A stretch of DNA of 64,000 bases. Source: Nitrospirales bacterium. GTDB lineage: Bacteria > Nitrospirota > Nitrospiria > Nitrospirales > UBA8639. Below are positions 47,608 to 57,366 of this stretch, one piece after another. The stretch covers positions 1,248,001 to 1,312,000 of the forward strand of contig CBDCWC010000002.1 of the NCBI GenBank assembly GCA_965223295.1, read 5' to 3'. The notes under the pieces were generated by a model. That model searched no databases. It worked only from the letters and a program-made list of their open reading frames with translations, and had not been told where the DNA came from. A program made the translations under genes and the position numbers. Position 1 is the first letter of the stretch. Every line of letters starts with the position of its first letter.

Positions 47608-48393
47608 ATGGATGATTTCCCGACAGTAGAAGCTAAACACCTCGCTGAAGACGAGCTTTGGACTCAACTCGACCGTGAGTCCCTTCCTCGACACATCGCG
47701 ATTATTATGGATGGGAATGGTCGTTGGGCCGCTCAACGTGGCTTGCCTCGGATCGCCGGGCACCAGGAAGGACTACGTGCCCTCCACGATGTGCTTGAAA
47801 TCGGACAAGAGCTGAACATTCCTTTTTTGACGATTTATGCCTTTTCACAGGAAAATTGGAATCGTCCGGAAATGGAAGTTCGGTTGCTCATGAATTTGTT
47901 AGAGCAATATCTGACCAAAGAACGAGAACGATTTCACGAGCAGAAAATTCGATTTTTCCCAATTGGACGATTAGAACAACTTCCTGCCCCCGCACGCTCC
48001 CTTGTCATGGAAGTCGCCGAAGAAACCCAACATTATTCGGAGCGGACCTTGGCCGTGGCCTTGAGTTATGGCGGACGGGCCGAGATTCTGGATGCCGTTC
48101 AGCAAATTGCCTTTGCGGTCAAGATGGGCACCCTGACCCCTGAGGAAATCAGTGAGTCCCTTTTCGAGCAGCACCTCACCACCTGGAATATTCCTCACCC
48201 TGACCTTCTTATCCGAACCTCCGGAGAAACACGCATTAGCAATTTTCTGCTCTGGCAAATTGCCTATACCGAATTGTATTTCACGCCCACTCTTTGGCCT
48301 GATTTTCGTCGCTGTGACATACTGCTTGCTCTCCTGGACTATCAAAGACGTGAGCGGCGGTTTGGACGCGTCAGCCAAGTAGTTTCTCCTTAG
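47608..48393 (+). CDS. uppS: Undecaprenyl diphosphate synthase
   Basis: HIAIIMDGNGRWA, YAFSQENW, RTSGETRISNFLLWQ. Confidence 0.96.
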   Translation: MDDFPTVEAKHLAEDELWTQLDRESLPRHIAIIMDGNGRWAAQRGLPRIAGHQEGLRALHDVLEIGQELNIPFLTIYAFSQENWNRPEMEVRLLMNLLEQYLTKERERFHEQKIRFFPIGRLEQLPAPARSLVMEVAEETQHYSERTLAVALSYGGRAEILDAVQQIAFAVKMGTLTPEEISESLFEQHLTTWNIPHPDLLIRTSGETRISNFLLWQIAYTELYFTPTLWPDFRRCDILLALLDYQRRERRFGRVSQVVSP

Positions 48394-48470
48394 AGGTTCT
48401 GAGATTTCACGATCAAACCCTATCTTCCCTCATTTCTTCTAACTCCCGCGTTTCTCCATCGGTCCCCTCT

Positions 48471-49277
48471 ATGGATCCACGCCGTCTCTATTCTGCCCTT
48501 GTATTTGTGCCACTGTTGTACGTAGGGATTGGTTACAGTCCTCCATGGCTTTTTGCCCTGTTAATCGGCACAGTTGCATTATTTGCACTTTGGGAATTTT
48601 TTTCTTTCTATTTCTTAAATACCCTCTCAACAGCTCAAAAAGTCCTTTCCTGCATCATGGCAAGCCTTCTCCTTGTCGGCATGTATCAAGGCATTTCACA
48701 TTTAGTTCTTGGGAGCCTTCTTGGATTCGTGACCATGATCCTGGTGGGATTTTTTCTCTCTCCAGCTAGTACCAAGGCACGACTCTCCGGCTGGACGTCT
48801 TATCTCTTCGGCATCTTCTACGTGACACTTTTATTGGGGTATTATATTCTGTTACGAAATCTTGAATACGGTGTCTCTTTAGTCTTTTTTGTTATTATTG
48901 TCACGTGGCTATCCGATACTGGAGGATTTTTTATTGGAAAAACCTTCGGAAAGCATCCTCTGGCTCCAACATTGAGTCCCCAAAAAACGATCGAAGGCTT
49001 ACTCGGAGGTATGCTGTTTTCTGTGGTAGGGGGGATTGTCAGCCACTTCACGTTTACCCCCTTTTTCTCCTTGACCGAATGCGTTATCCTCGGAGTGAGT
49101 TTAGCTCTGCTGGGTGCTATCGGAGATTTAACCGAGTCAGCCATTAAACGTAGCGTCCATGTCAAAGATTCGGGCACGATTATTCCCGGGCATGGTGGTG
49201 TTCTTGATCGCATAGACAGTCTTTTATTCACTGGACCTGCCATGTATTACTATGTCATGTTTTCTCTTCCTTCTTAA
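48471..49277 (+). CDS. cdsA: Phosphatidate cytidylyltransferase
   Basis: SPQKTIEG, KDSG.IIPGHGGVLDRIDS. Confidence 0.95.
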   Translation: MDPRRLYSALVFVPLLYVGIGYSPPWLFALLIGTVALFALWEFFSFYFLNTLSTAQKVLSCIMASLLLVGMYQGISHLVLGSLLGFVTMILVGFFLSPASTKARLSGWTSYLFGIFYVTLLLGYYILLRNLEYGVSLVFFVIIVTWLSDTGGFFIGKTFGKHPLAPTLSPQKTIEGLLGGMLFSVVGGIVSHFTFTPFFSLTECVILGVSLALLGAIGDLTESAIKRSVHVKDSGTIIPGHGGVLDRIDSLLFTGPAMYYYVMFSLPS

Positions 49278-49313
49278 TGCCTTTGTAATTCCAAGAAAAA
49301 GGACATCGGCTTC

Positions 49314-50480
49314 GTGAAACGTATCATCATTTTGGGGTCAACTGGCTCAATAGGGGCTAGTACATTAGACGTGGTGTCACAATTTCCGGATCATTTTCAA
49401 ATTGTCGGATTAGCGGCGGGATCAAATGATCAAATCTTAGAAGACCAGATTCGGACGTTCCAACCAAAAATTGTCGCGTTGTCTTGTCCCGATGCCGCCA
49501 ACCGATTACGCACACGCATTCATTCCACCCAAGCTGAAATCTTAGAGGGCGAACCCGGCCTCTGTGATGTGGCAAGCTTCCCAGACTGTGATTTAGTGAT
49601 CTCGGCCATCGTCGGTGGTGCAGGCCTCAAGCCCACGCTTTCGGCTATTCAAGCTGGCAGACAAGTGGCCCTGGCGAATAAAGAACCCATGGTCATGGCC
49701 GGGCAACTCATGCAGCACGAAGCCAACAAGCATGGCGTCACCATTTTCCCCATCGATAGCGAGCATAGTGCAATTTTTCAATCTATGGAAGGACACCGAA
49801 AAATAGATATTCGTCGGGTGGTCCTTACTGCCTCGGGTGGGCCGTTTTGGGACTGGCCTGCAGCCGACCTTGAACATGTCAGCACAGAACAAGCCCTTAA
49901 ACATCCTAACTGGAAAATGGGAGCGAAAATTACCATTGATTCCGCAACACTTATGAATAAGGGGCTTGAAGTAATTGAAGCCCGATGGCTCTTTGACCTT
50001 CCACCGAACCAAATCGATGTGGTGGTTCACCGGGAAAGCATCATTCATTCTTTGGTAGAATATTGTGATGGATCGGTCATCTCGCAATTGGGACATCCAG
50101 ATATGCGTACACCAATTTCCTATGCTATGCACTATCCGGAGCGGGTTCCCCTTTATCCGCCACTGTTGGATTTAGGTCAGATTGGGAAACTTACGTTTTC
50201 GCCGCCGGATACCGAAAAGTTTCCTTGTCTACAGTTGGCCTATGACGCCCTAGCTGGAGGAGCTGGACTCCCAGCAACACTCAATGCCGCTAATGAAGTG
50301 GCAGTCCAAGCCTTCCTCAAGAACCAGATTGCATTTTTGGATATTCCAAAAATTATTCAAGAAACTATGACGGCATATTCACCAACACCATTATCAACGA
50401 TTGAAGACGTGTTGGACATCGACCAATGGGCTCGTCGAACGGCTGAAGATATCATGAAGACCTGCGTCGCACCTGCATAA
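49314..50480 (+). CDS. dxr: 1-deoxy-D-xylulose-5-phosphate reductoisomerase
   Basis: LGSTGSIG, ALANKE, PIDSEH, HPNWKMG. Confidence 0.97.
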   Translation: MKRIIILGSTGSIGASTLDVVSQFPDHFQIVGLAAGSNDQILEDQIRTFQPKIVALSCPDAANRLRTRIHSTQAEILEGEPGLCDVASFPDCDLVISAIVGGAGLKPTLSAIQAGRQVALANKEPMVMAGQLMQHEANKHGVTIFPIDSEHSAIFQSMEGHRKIDIRRVVLTASGGPFWDWPAADLEHVSTEQALKHPNWKMGAKITIDSATLMNKGLEVIEARWLFDLPPNQIDVVVHRESIIHSLVEYCDGSVISQLGHPDMRTPISYAMHYPERVPLYPPLLDLGQIGKLTFSPPDTEKFPCLQLAYDALAGGAGLPATLNAANEVAVQAFLKNQIAFLDIPKIIQETMTAYSPTPLSTIEDVLDIDQWARRTAEDIMKTCVAPA

Positions 50481-50511
50481 CCCTAAATGATTGTTTGACG
50501 GCAAAATATTT

Positions 50512-51906
50512 ATGAATAGCCTCTCTTTGTTCTCTCCAGACGCAATATACATTTTTGGACAAAAACTCTGGTGGTTTTTGATTGTATTAGGCGTGCTGGT
50601 TACATTCCATGAATACGGCCATTACTTAGCTGCTCGTTGGGTCGGCGTGAAAGTCCTCAAATTTTCAATAGGATTTGGTCCACGCTTGGTAGGCCGCCAA
50701 GTTGGCGATACCGAATATGTGGTATCTGCGATACCTCTCGGAGGCTATGTCAAGATGTTTGGAGAGGAAGGTGGAGAAACCATTTCCGCTGAGGACCAAA
50801 AGGGCTCTTTCCTCCATCAGTCCCTGCCGCATAAAACACTCATCGTGGCAGCTGGACCTGGGTTCAACTTTATTCTTAGCTATCTCATTTTTACCGGCAT
50901 GTTAGCATTTGGCTCGCCACTCTTCGTCCCGAATATTGACAAAATGCTTCCTGTGGTCGAAGCCATCACACCCGACTCCCCTGCTGCACTTTCTGGATTA
51001 GAGCTCGGAGATCGTATTACCCGAGTCAACGAAGAAGAGATCTCAACGTTAGGAGAATTGTATCAGATTATTGATAAAACCCATGGCCGCCCAGTCACAT
51101 TGGATGTCATGCGCAGGGACAAGATTAAGACCTTTATTATCACGCCAACCACTCAGGAGAATAAGAGTAACTCTGAAGACGAACCCATTTATCTACTTGG
51201 CATCGAAGATCATGTGCCAAAGATCGGGAAAGTCATGCCCGGCACGCCGGCTAAGGCTTCAGGGCTTCAAGCAGATGATCGAATTACTCAAATCAATGAC
51301 ACGCCGATTGTCACATGGTCTCAGATGACGGATATTATTCAGAAAAGCGCAGGGGTGCCACTTGAAGTACACATAGAGCGAAAAGGAGCCCCTCTGACCC
51401 TTTCGGTGACCCCGAAAGCCCACACCCTTACGCAACCTGACGGAGAGAGCCGAGCCATTGGCCGCATTGGCATTCAAATTTCTGGACGGGGAACCATCTT
51501 ACAAAGCTCCGAATGGTATCTGGCTCCATGGCAAGGCTTACAAGCCACCTGGGATTGGTGCAAACTCACGGTGCTCGGGATAGCCAAATTGGTGACAGGA
51601 GAAATTTCTTCAAAAAATATAGGCGGGCCTTTAATGATCGCCAGCGTTTCAGGAGAGCATGGCGAACAGGGCTTTGGTGCGATCTTGTGGCTTATTGCCA
51701 TTCTCAGCATTAATTTAGGCATTTTAAATTTATTACCCATTCCTGTCTTGGATGGCGGCCATCTCTTCTTTTTTGCCTGCGAAGCCATCCTAGGCCGCCC
51801 ATTACAAGAACGTTCACGGGAAATGGCCCAACAAGCCGGGATCATCCTGTTATTCTGTCTGATGGGTTTTGCCTTCTGGAACGACATTAATCGCCTGCTT
51901 CAATAG
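50512..51906 (+). CDS. rseP: RIP metalloprotease RseP with two PDZ domains
   Basis: HEYGH, AGP, NLLPIPVLDGG. Confidence 0.95.
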   Translation: MNSLSLFSPDAIYIFGQKLWWFLIVLGVLVTFHEYGHYLAARWVGVKVLKFSIGFGPRLVGRQVGDTEYVVSAIPLGGYVKMFGEEGGETISAEDQKGSFLHQSLPHKTLIVAAGPGFNFILSYLIFTGMLAFGSPLFVPNIDKMLPVVEAITPDSPAALSGLELGDRITRVNEEEISTLGELYQIIDKTHGRPVTLDVMRRDKIKTFIITPTTQENKSNSEDEPIYLLGIEDHVPKIGKVMPGTPAKASGLQADDRITQINDTPIVTWSQMTDIIQKSAGVPLEVHIERKGAPLTLSVTPKAHTLTQPDGESRAIGRIGIQISGRGTILQSSEWYLAPWQGLQATWDWCKLTVLGIAKLVTGEISSKNIGGPLMIASVSGEHGEQGFGAILWLIAILSINLGILNLLPIPVLDGGHLFFFACEAILGRPLQERSREMAQQAGIILLFCLMGFAFWNDINRLLQ

Positions 51907-51990
51907 ATCTCTCCTCTAAAACCGGTCAAACATTATCTGTTGATGACTTCTCAAAACTGTGTGCGTTCCATTTGGTAAAGTGGACTATTT

Positions 51991-53715
51991 ATGAGACTTT
52001 CAGAATCGTTTATTCCCACCTTACGACAAGATCCCGGCGAAGCCGAAGTCATCAGCCACCGCTTGATGCTGCGTGCCGGCATGATTCGAAAAGTCGCCGC
52101 GGGCATCTATTCGTATCTGCCATTAGGCCTGCGAGTCATTCGAAAGATCGAAACAATCGTTCGAGAAGAAATGAATCGAGCCGGAGCCCAAGAGCTCTTA
52201 CTGCCGATCCTTTCACCCGCCGAACTATGGGAAGAAACCGGACGTTGGGACTTCTATGGCAAAGAACTTGTGCGGTTACAGGATCGCCATGAACGAGACT
52301 TTTGCTTAGGGCCCACACATGAAGAAGTCATCACCGACTTGTTCCGGCGAGAAGTACGTTCCTATCGGCAACTACCACTCATTCTCTATCAAATTCAAAC
52401 GAAGTTTCGTGATGAAATTCGCCCGCGATTTGGACTAATGCGGGGAAGAGAATTCATCATGAAAGATGCCTACAGTTTTGACCAGCATGAGAGGGATGCA
52501 AAGCACAATTATCAAAAGATGTACGACGCTTATTGTCGAATTTTTACACGTACAGGACTACAATTTCGTCCCGTTGAGGCTGACACCGGGCTTATTGGAG
52601 GTATTTCCTCACATGAGTTTATGGTGTTAGCCAATACCGGCGAAGAACTTATTGTCTTCGATCCTGAAAGCTCCTATGCCGCAAATGTCGAACGCGCAGA
52701 AGTCATCCCTTCGAAAACCAATGAAATCGAAGAACTCAAGCCATTAGAAAAAGTCGCAACCCCTCGAGCCAAATCAGTTGAAGACCTGTGCACAGCTCTC
52801 AACATTCCCTCACATCGTGTCGTTAAAACTCTGTTATACGAAACCGGAGACAAGGAGATTACCGCCGTGTTAATCCGCGGCGACCACCAGGCAAACGAAA
52901 TAAAAATTCAGCGGCATTTAGGCCTGCATGATATCTCTTTAGCGTCACCCGAACTGGTGGCAAAAGTGACGGCCGCACCGGTTGGCTTCGTTGGACCAGT
53001 GGGACTGTCAAACGTGAAGATTTTGGCTGACCATGCAGTCAGTGCCCTTGCCAACTTAGTCGTAGGAGCCAACGAACAAGATTTTCATTTCACGAACGTG
53101 AACCCGGAAAGAGATTTTACCATTCAAGATATTGGAGATTTCCGACAAGCTCAGGCCGGGGATCCGTCCCCCAATGGCGGTGGACCGCTTCAAACGGCCC
53201 GAGGCATTGAAGTTGGTCATGTCTTCATGCTAGGCACCAAGTATAGCGAAAAGATGGGTGCGACGTATCTTGATGCCGAGAGCCAAAGTCATCCCGCCAT
53301 CATGGGTTGTTACGGAATTGGCATCGGACGAACCGCAGCAGCAGCCATCGAGCAGAACCATGATGAACACGGTATTTGCTGGCCCATGCCCATCGCTCCT
53401 TTTCAAGCGCAAATTCTTCCAGTGACAAATTCTGACGCGGTCCGTGTGGCATCCGAAAAATTATATAAGGAGTTAGGGAAACACAATCTTGAAGTTTTGC
53501 TAGATGACCGAAACGAGCGAGGTGGGGTGAAATTTAAGGATGCCGACATGATTGGTATACCCTATCACATCATTATTGGTGATAAAGGATTGGCGACTAA
53601 CACTATCGAAATCAAAGATCGAAAAACTGGAGAAAAAGTCCTTCTCTCACCAGAGCAAGTGACCGACTGGATCAAAAATAGAGTGACAGAACAGCTTAGA
53701 TATCAAAACTCATGA
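51991..53715 (+). CDS. proS: Proline-tRNA ligase
   Basis: LGPTHEE, FRDEIRPRFGLMRGREF, MGCYGIG; internal editing domain. Confidence 0.97.
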   Translation: MRLSESFIPTLRQDPGEAEVISHRLMLRAGMIRKVAAGIYSYLPLGLRVIRKIETIVREEMNRAGAQELLLPILSPAELWEETGRWDFYGKELVRLQDRHERDFCLGPTHEEVITDLFRREVRSYRQLPLILYQIQTKFRDEIRPRFGLMRGREFIMKDAYSFDQHERDAKHNYQKMYDAYCRIFTRTGLQFRPVEADTGLIGGISSHEFMVLANTGEELIVFDPESSYAANVERAEVIPSKTNEIEELKPLEKVATPRAKSVEDLCTALNIPSHRVVKTLLYETGDKEITAVLIRGDHQANEIKIQRHLGLHDISLASPELVAKVTAAPVGFVGPVGLSNVKILADHAVSALANLVVGANEQDFHFTNVNPERDFTIQDIGDFRQAQAGDPSPNGGGPLQTARGIEVGHVFMLGTKYSEKMGATYLDAESQSHPAIMGCYGIGIGRTAAAAIEQNHDEHGICWPMPIAPFQAQILPVTNSDAVRVASEKLYKELGKHNLEVLLDDRNERGGVKFKDADMIGIPYHIIIGDKGLATNTIEIKDRKTGEKVLLSPEQVTDWIKNRVTEQLRYQNS

Positions 53716-53968
53716 AAAAGGCTCAGCCAAAAGGTCAACTCGTCTATTTACCTCTATCTTTCTAGAATTTTCATGAGAATTCGTTCACGATTACGACCCC
53801 ATTTAATGTGCCTTTCGTGTATACTATCTTATGTATTCAGGGACTTCTGAACCAGGAGCAATTTTTCTCGCAGAACCTCAGCTGTTCATTGACGAATCCT
53901 TGAAGTAGATGGTACCCTTCAAGGTTGAATTTCCTAAAGAATATCAGCATGTTGAGAACAAGTTATCC

Positions 53969-54424
53969 ATGTTAAATCAAATGAATGTTCGGGGACTTCT
54001 TTTTGACCCCTACAACAATGCGTATATCGTCATCCTCCGCGATGAGCAACATTCGGACATGCTGCCCATCTGGGTGGGAAAGTCCGAGGCCAGTGCGATT
54101 AGCTTCGCTCTTGAAAAAATTGCACCTCCTCGGCCCATGACCCATGATCTCATGAAAACCTTGTTGGATAATATGGATGCCAAAGTTATCAGTACAGTCA
54201 TCACCGACCTCAAAGAGAATACCTATTTTGCCAAAATTCATTTGCTGTTTGGTGACTCTGAATTCACCATTGATTCACGCCCCAGTGATGCCATCGCCGT
54301 CGCCCTTCGCACGGAAGCGCCTATCTTCGCCTCTGGTGAAGTCTTACACAAACAGAACTCCGAAGAATTGGAACGGTGGCTTGAAAATCTTAAGCCTGAA
54401 GACTTTGGAAAACCTGATGCGTAG
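53969..54424 (+). CDS. Bifunctional nuclease (DUF151), paralog 1
   Basis: LPIWVG, PRPMTHDL, DSRPSDAIA. Start at ATG 53969. Confidence 0.9.
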   Translation: MLNQMNVRGLLFDPYNNAYIVILRDEQHSDMLPIWVGKSEASAISFALEKIAPPRPMTHDLMKTLLDNMDAKVISTVITDLKENTYFAKIHLLFGDSEFTIDSRPSDAIAVALRTEAPIFASGEVLHKQNSEELERWLENLKPEDFGKPDA

Positions 54425-54465
54425 AAGAGATTTTTTCATCTGATCTATCAACGAGTTTACCTGTG

Positions 54466-54936
54466 ATGGCTGAAACAGATACGCTTATTTCATTAAAAGT
54501 TCATGGGGTGTTAGTGGATCCTAACACCGACACGCAAATTGTTGTCTTACGGGACGAGCAAAACTCTGAAGTCTTGCCCATCTGGGTGGGCACGGCAGAG
54601 GGAACATCCATACGGCTCGCTCTTGAAAATGTCATCCCGCCACGTCCCATGAGCCATGATTTAATCTGTAGCTTTACTTCATATCTTGGATTTACGCTTA
54701 ATAAAGTCGTAATTACTGAAGTCAAGAATAATACCTATTTTTCCACCTTGTGCTTATCAAAAGATGATCTGGAAAAATCCATAGACTCCCGTCCCAGCGA
54801 TGCCATTGCTCTAGCCGTTCGTTGCCAATGCCCAATTTATGTCACCCCGGAGGTATTGGAGCAACGCGGTGGCGAAGATCTGGATACATGGCTCTCGAAA
54901 CTTGACCAAAAGGGAACGGAACAACCGGAAACCTAA
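54466..54936 (+). CDS. Bifunctional nuclease (DUF151), paralog 2
   Basis: LPIWVG, PRPMSHDL, DSRPSDAIA. Confidence 0.9.
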   Translation: MAETDTLISLKVHGVLVDPNTDTQIVVLRDEQNSEVLPIWVGTAEGTSIRLALENVIPPRPMSHDLICSFTSYLGFTLNKVVITEVKNNTYFSTLCLSKDDLEKSIDSRPSDAIALAVRCQCPIYVTPEVLEQRGGEDLDTWLSKLDQKGTEQPET

Positions 54937-54985
54937 ATTTCTACCATACTGAATTTTCGACAGTTGGAAAGGACATGTCAGGCTC

Positions 54986-55414
54986 ATGCGATCATTTCAA
55001 GCAAAGCCCTTAGAGGTTGAACGAAAATGGTTTGTCGTTGATGCGGCGGGAAAAACCGTTGGCCGTTTGGCGACGCAGGTCGCGTCTATTCTCCGCGGCA
55101 AGCATAAACCTATTTTCACTCCGAATGTAGACACAGGCGATCACGTCGTCATCATCAATTCAAGCCAAGTACAGTTTACCCGTAATAAATTTCGCGACAA
55201 AATTTATTACCATCATACAGGGTATCCAGGTGGGATAAAGGCTATATCTGCAGAACACCTCCATGCAAAAAAACCAACAGAAGTTTTATCCAAAGCCATA
55301 CGAGGCATGCTGCCAAAATGTACGTTGGGTAAACAAATGGCCAAGAAACTTCGAATTTATAGTGGAGCCGAACACCGACACCAAGCTCAAAATCCCACTC
55401 CGTTGAACCTCTAA
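54986..55414 (+). CDS. rplM: 50S ribosomal protein L13
   Basis: [27 protein letters not shown]. Confidence 0.98.
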   Translation: MRSFQAKPLEVERKWFVVDAAGKTVGRLATQVASILRGKHKPIFTPNVDTGDHVVIINSSQVQFTRNKFRDKIYYHHTGYPGGIKAISAEHLHAKKPTEVLSKAIRGMLPKCTLGKQMAKKLRIYSGAEHRHQAQNPTPLNL

Positions 55415-55457
55415 GTAACGTGATGCTCTTAGCGTAAAAAGGAGAGAGAGTTCTATT

Positions 55458-55850
55458 ATGGTAGACACTGTTCAGTATGCAACTGGAAAAAAGAAATATG
55501 CTATTGCCCGTGCCTGGATTGAACCTGGGCAGGGAAACATTCACATCAATTCCCGGTCGTTAGAAGACTATTTCCCTCGATTATCCCATCAAATTCAAGT
55601 CCAGACGCCTTTTGAAGTCACTAAAACGGAAGGGCAGTTTAATGTGAAAGCCTCTCTTTCCGGTGGCGGGATTTCAGGCCAGGCTGGTGCTCTTCGCCAT
55701 GCCATTGCCAAAGCCTTATCTTTACATGACGCTTCCTTACGTGACCCACTCAAAAAACAGGGCTTACTGACACGTGACTCTCGCGTCAAAGAACGGAAAA
55801 AGTATGGACAAAAAGGAGCACGGGCAAAGTTCCAATATTCTAAACGTTAA
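55458..55850 (+). CDS. rpsI: 30S ribosomal protein S9
   Basis: GGGISGQAGA, LTRDSRVKERKKYG, QYSKR. Confidence 0.98.
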   Translation: MVDTVQYATGKKKYAIARAWIEPGQGNIHINSRSLEDYFPRLSHQIQVQTPFEVTKTEGQFNVKASLSGGGISGQAGALRHAIAKALSLHDASLRDPLKKQGLLTRDSRVKERKKYGQKGARAKFQYSKR

Positions 55851-55887
55851 TTCCTCGACTTCAACAAGAATATTTTTCAGAATGTGT

Positions 55888-55918
55888 AAGGGGAGGTTGC
55901 CACAACCTCCCCTTTTTT
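55888..55918 (+). terminator. Intrinsic terminator after rpsI
   Basis: AAGGGGAGGTTG-CCA-CAACCTCCCCTT followed by a T-run. Confidence 0.85.
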
Positions 55919-55960
55919 GATGGCTGGCGCAACTAGACCGACATGTCATTCAACATGAAT

Positions 55961-56151
55961 AGGACTGTTGAGTAATGATGATATCAACGACCACATTTAG
56001 CCTCTGAGGCAGAACATGTCAGAAGGGTCGGGGCTGTTCAAAAAAGTCCGTCCAGCAAGGCCGCAGCCATTTTTGCGCGCGGAGCGTACTGGTCCTACGT
56101 GAACACGAAAAAATGGCGAGAACGCCGCTGGCGGCTTTTTTCAACAGACCC
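55961..56151 (-). mobile_element. Tripartite MITE-like element, copy D, reverse orientation
   Basis: Reverse complement aligns end to end with copies A and C. Confidence 0.85.
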
Positions 56152-56251
56152 TGAATAAGTAGGCCGAAGATAATCTTTGGTCTGGTAATCAAAACCCTGT
56201 CGCCACAGACCTCGTCATGCTTAATTTCACAATGTCTTCAGCGAGAAAGTC

Positions 56252-57325
56252 ATGACAAATCAACTTCGCGTCTCCGTCATTGGCGCAAGCGGATATACCG
56301 GTGGAGAATTGCTCCGTCTCCTGAGCCTCCACCCCCAGATCAAAATCGAAAAAATCGTGGCTTCTCGTAGATCAGAAGGCCTTGCTATCTCTTCCCTCTT
56401 GCCAAATCTTGCCAAAAGTATAGATAGTCAGCTTTCTGAACTTGATATTCCCAGCATTGCCAAGCAAGTTGACTTGGTTTTTTTAGCCCTGCCTCATACT
56501 CAGTCTCTACAACCAGTCGCCGACTTTATTGCGCACAAGAAAATGGTCATTGATCTGAGTGCGGATTATCGACTCCAAGACCCTCAAGTCTATGAACAAT
56601 GGTATCAAACACCTCATCTGTATCCCGAGTTACTGCAAGAGGCGGTATATGGATTACCGGAATTGCACCGTTCAGTCATTCAGAAGACCAAGTTGGTAGC
56701 CGTTCCAGGCTGCTACCCAACCGTGGCCATTTTGCAGTTAGCGCCGTTTATTGCCCATCAACTCATCGATCCAACCTCCATCATTATAGATGCAAAATCT
56801 GGCGTGTCTGGTGCGGGGCGCTCACCTGCTCTCGGCCTTCATTTTCCAGAAGCACATGAAGCCATCCATGCTTATAAAATAGCTACTCACAGACACCTCC
56901 CGGAGATTGAGCAAGGACTGAATACTTGTATCCCTCTATCCGTTAAGGGCCTCTCTCCTCCCCTCTCACTGATGTTTACCCCGCACCTAGTTCCCATCAA
57001 TCGCGGCATACTGAGTACTGCCTATGCCAAAATTCGTGGAGACATAAAACAAGAGGACATTGAAAATGTCTATCACCATTTCTACAAAGACGAACCGTTT
57101 ATTCGAGTGTTCCCTAAAGCTGAGTTGGTTAACCCTCGAAACCTTCGAGGAGCAAATTTCTTTGATGTAAGCTGTTCCTATGATGCTCGAACAGGTCATA
57201 TCATTAGCAGCGGTGCCATCGATAATCTCGTGAAAGGAGCAGCCGGCCAAGCCATTCAATGCATGAATCTCATGGCTGGATTTCCAGAAACCTTGGGGTT
57301 AACGAGTCCGGGACTTTTTCCCTAA
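56252..57325 (+). CDS. argC: N-acetyl-gamma-glutamyl-phosphate reductase
   Basis: GASGYTG, DLSADYR, PGCYPT, DNLVKGAAGQA. Confidence 0.96.
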   Translation: MTNQLRVSVIGASGYTGGELLRLLSLHPQIKIEKIVASRRSEGLAISSLLPNLAKSIDSQLSELDIPSIAKQVDLVFLALPHTQSLQPVADFIAHKKMVIDLSADYRLQDPQVYEQWYQTPHLYPELLQEAVYGLPELHRSVIQKTKLVAVPGCYPTVAILQLAPFIAHQLIDPTSIIIDAKSGVSGAGRSPALGLHFPEAHEAIHAYKIATHRHLPEIEQGLNTCIPLSVKGLSPPLSLMFTPHLVPINRGILSTAYAKIRGDIKQEDIENVYHHFYKDEPFIRVFPKAELVNPRNLRGANFFDVSCSYDARTGHIISSGAIDNLVKGAAGQAIQCMNLMAGFPETLGLTSPGLFP

Positions 57326-57366
57326 GACCTACTTATCCGCTCAAACCAACTACATGGACAAGTATA

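Noticed and set aside
30371-56151. CRISPR interpretation of constant core plus variable fixed-length module
   Set aside because: Copies are dispersed kilobases apart rather than tandem, and there are no cas genes in the window.
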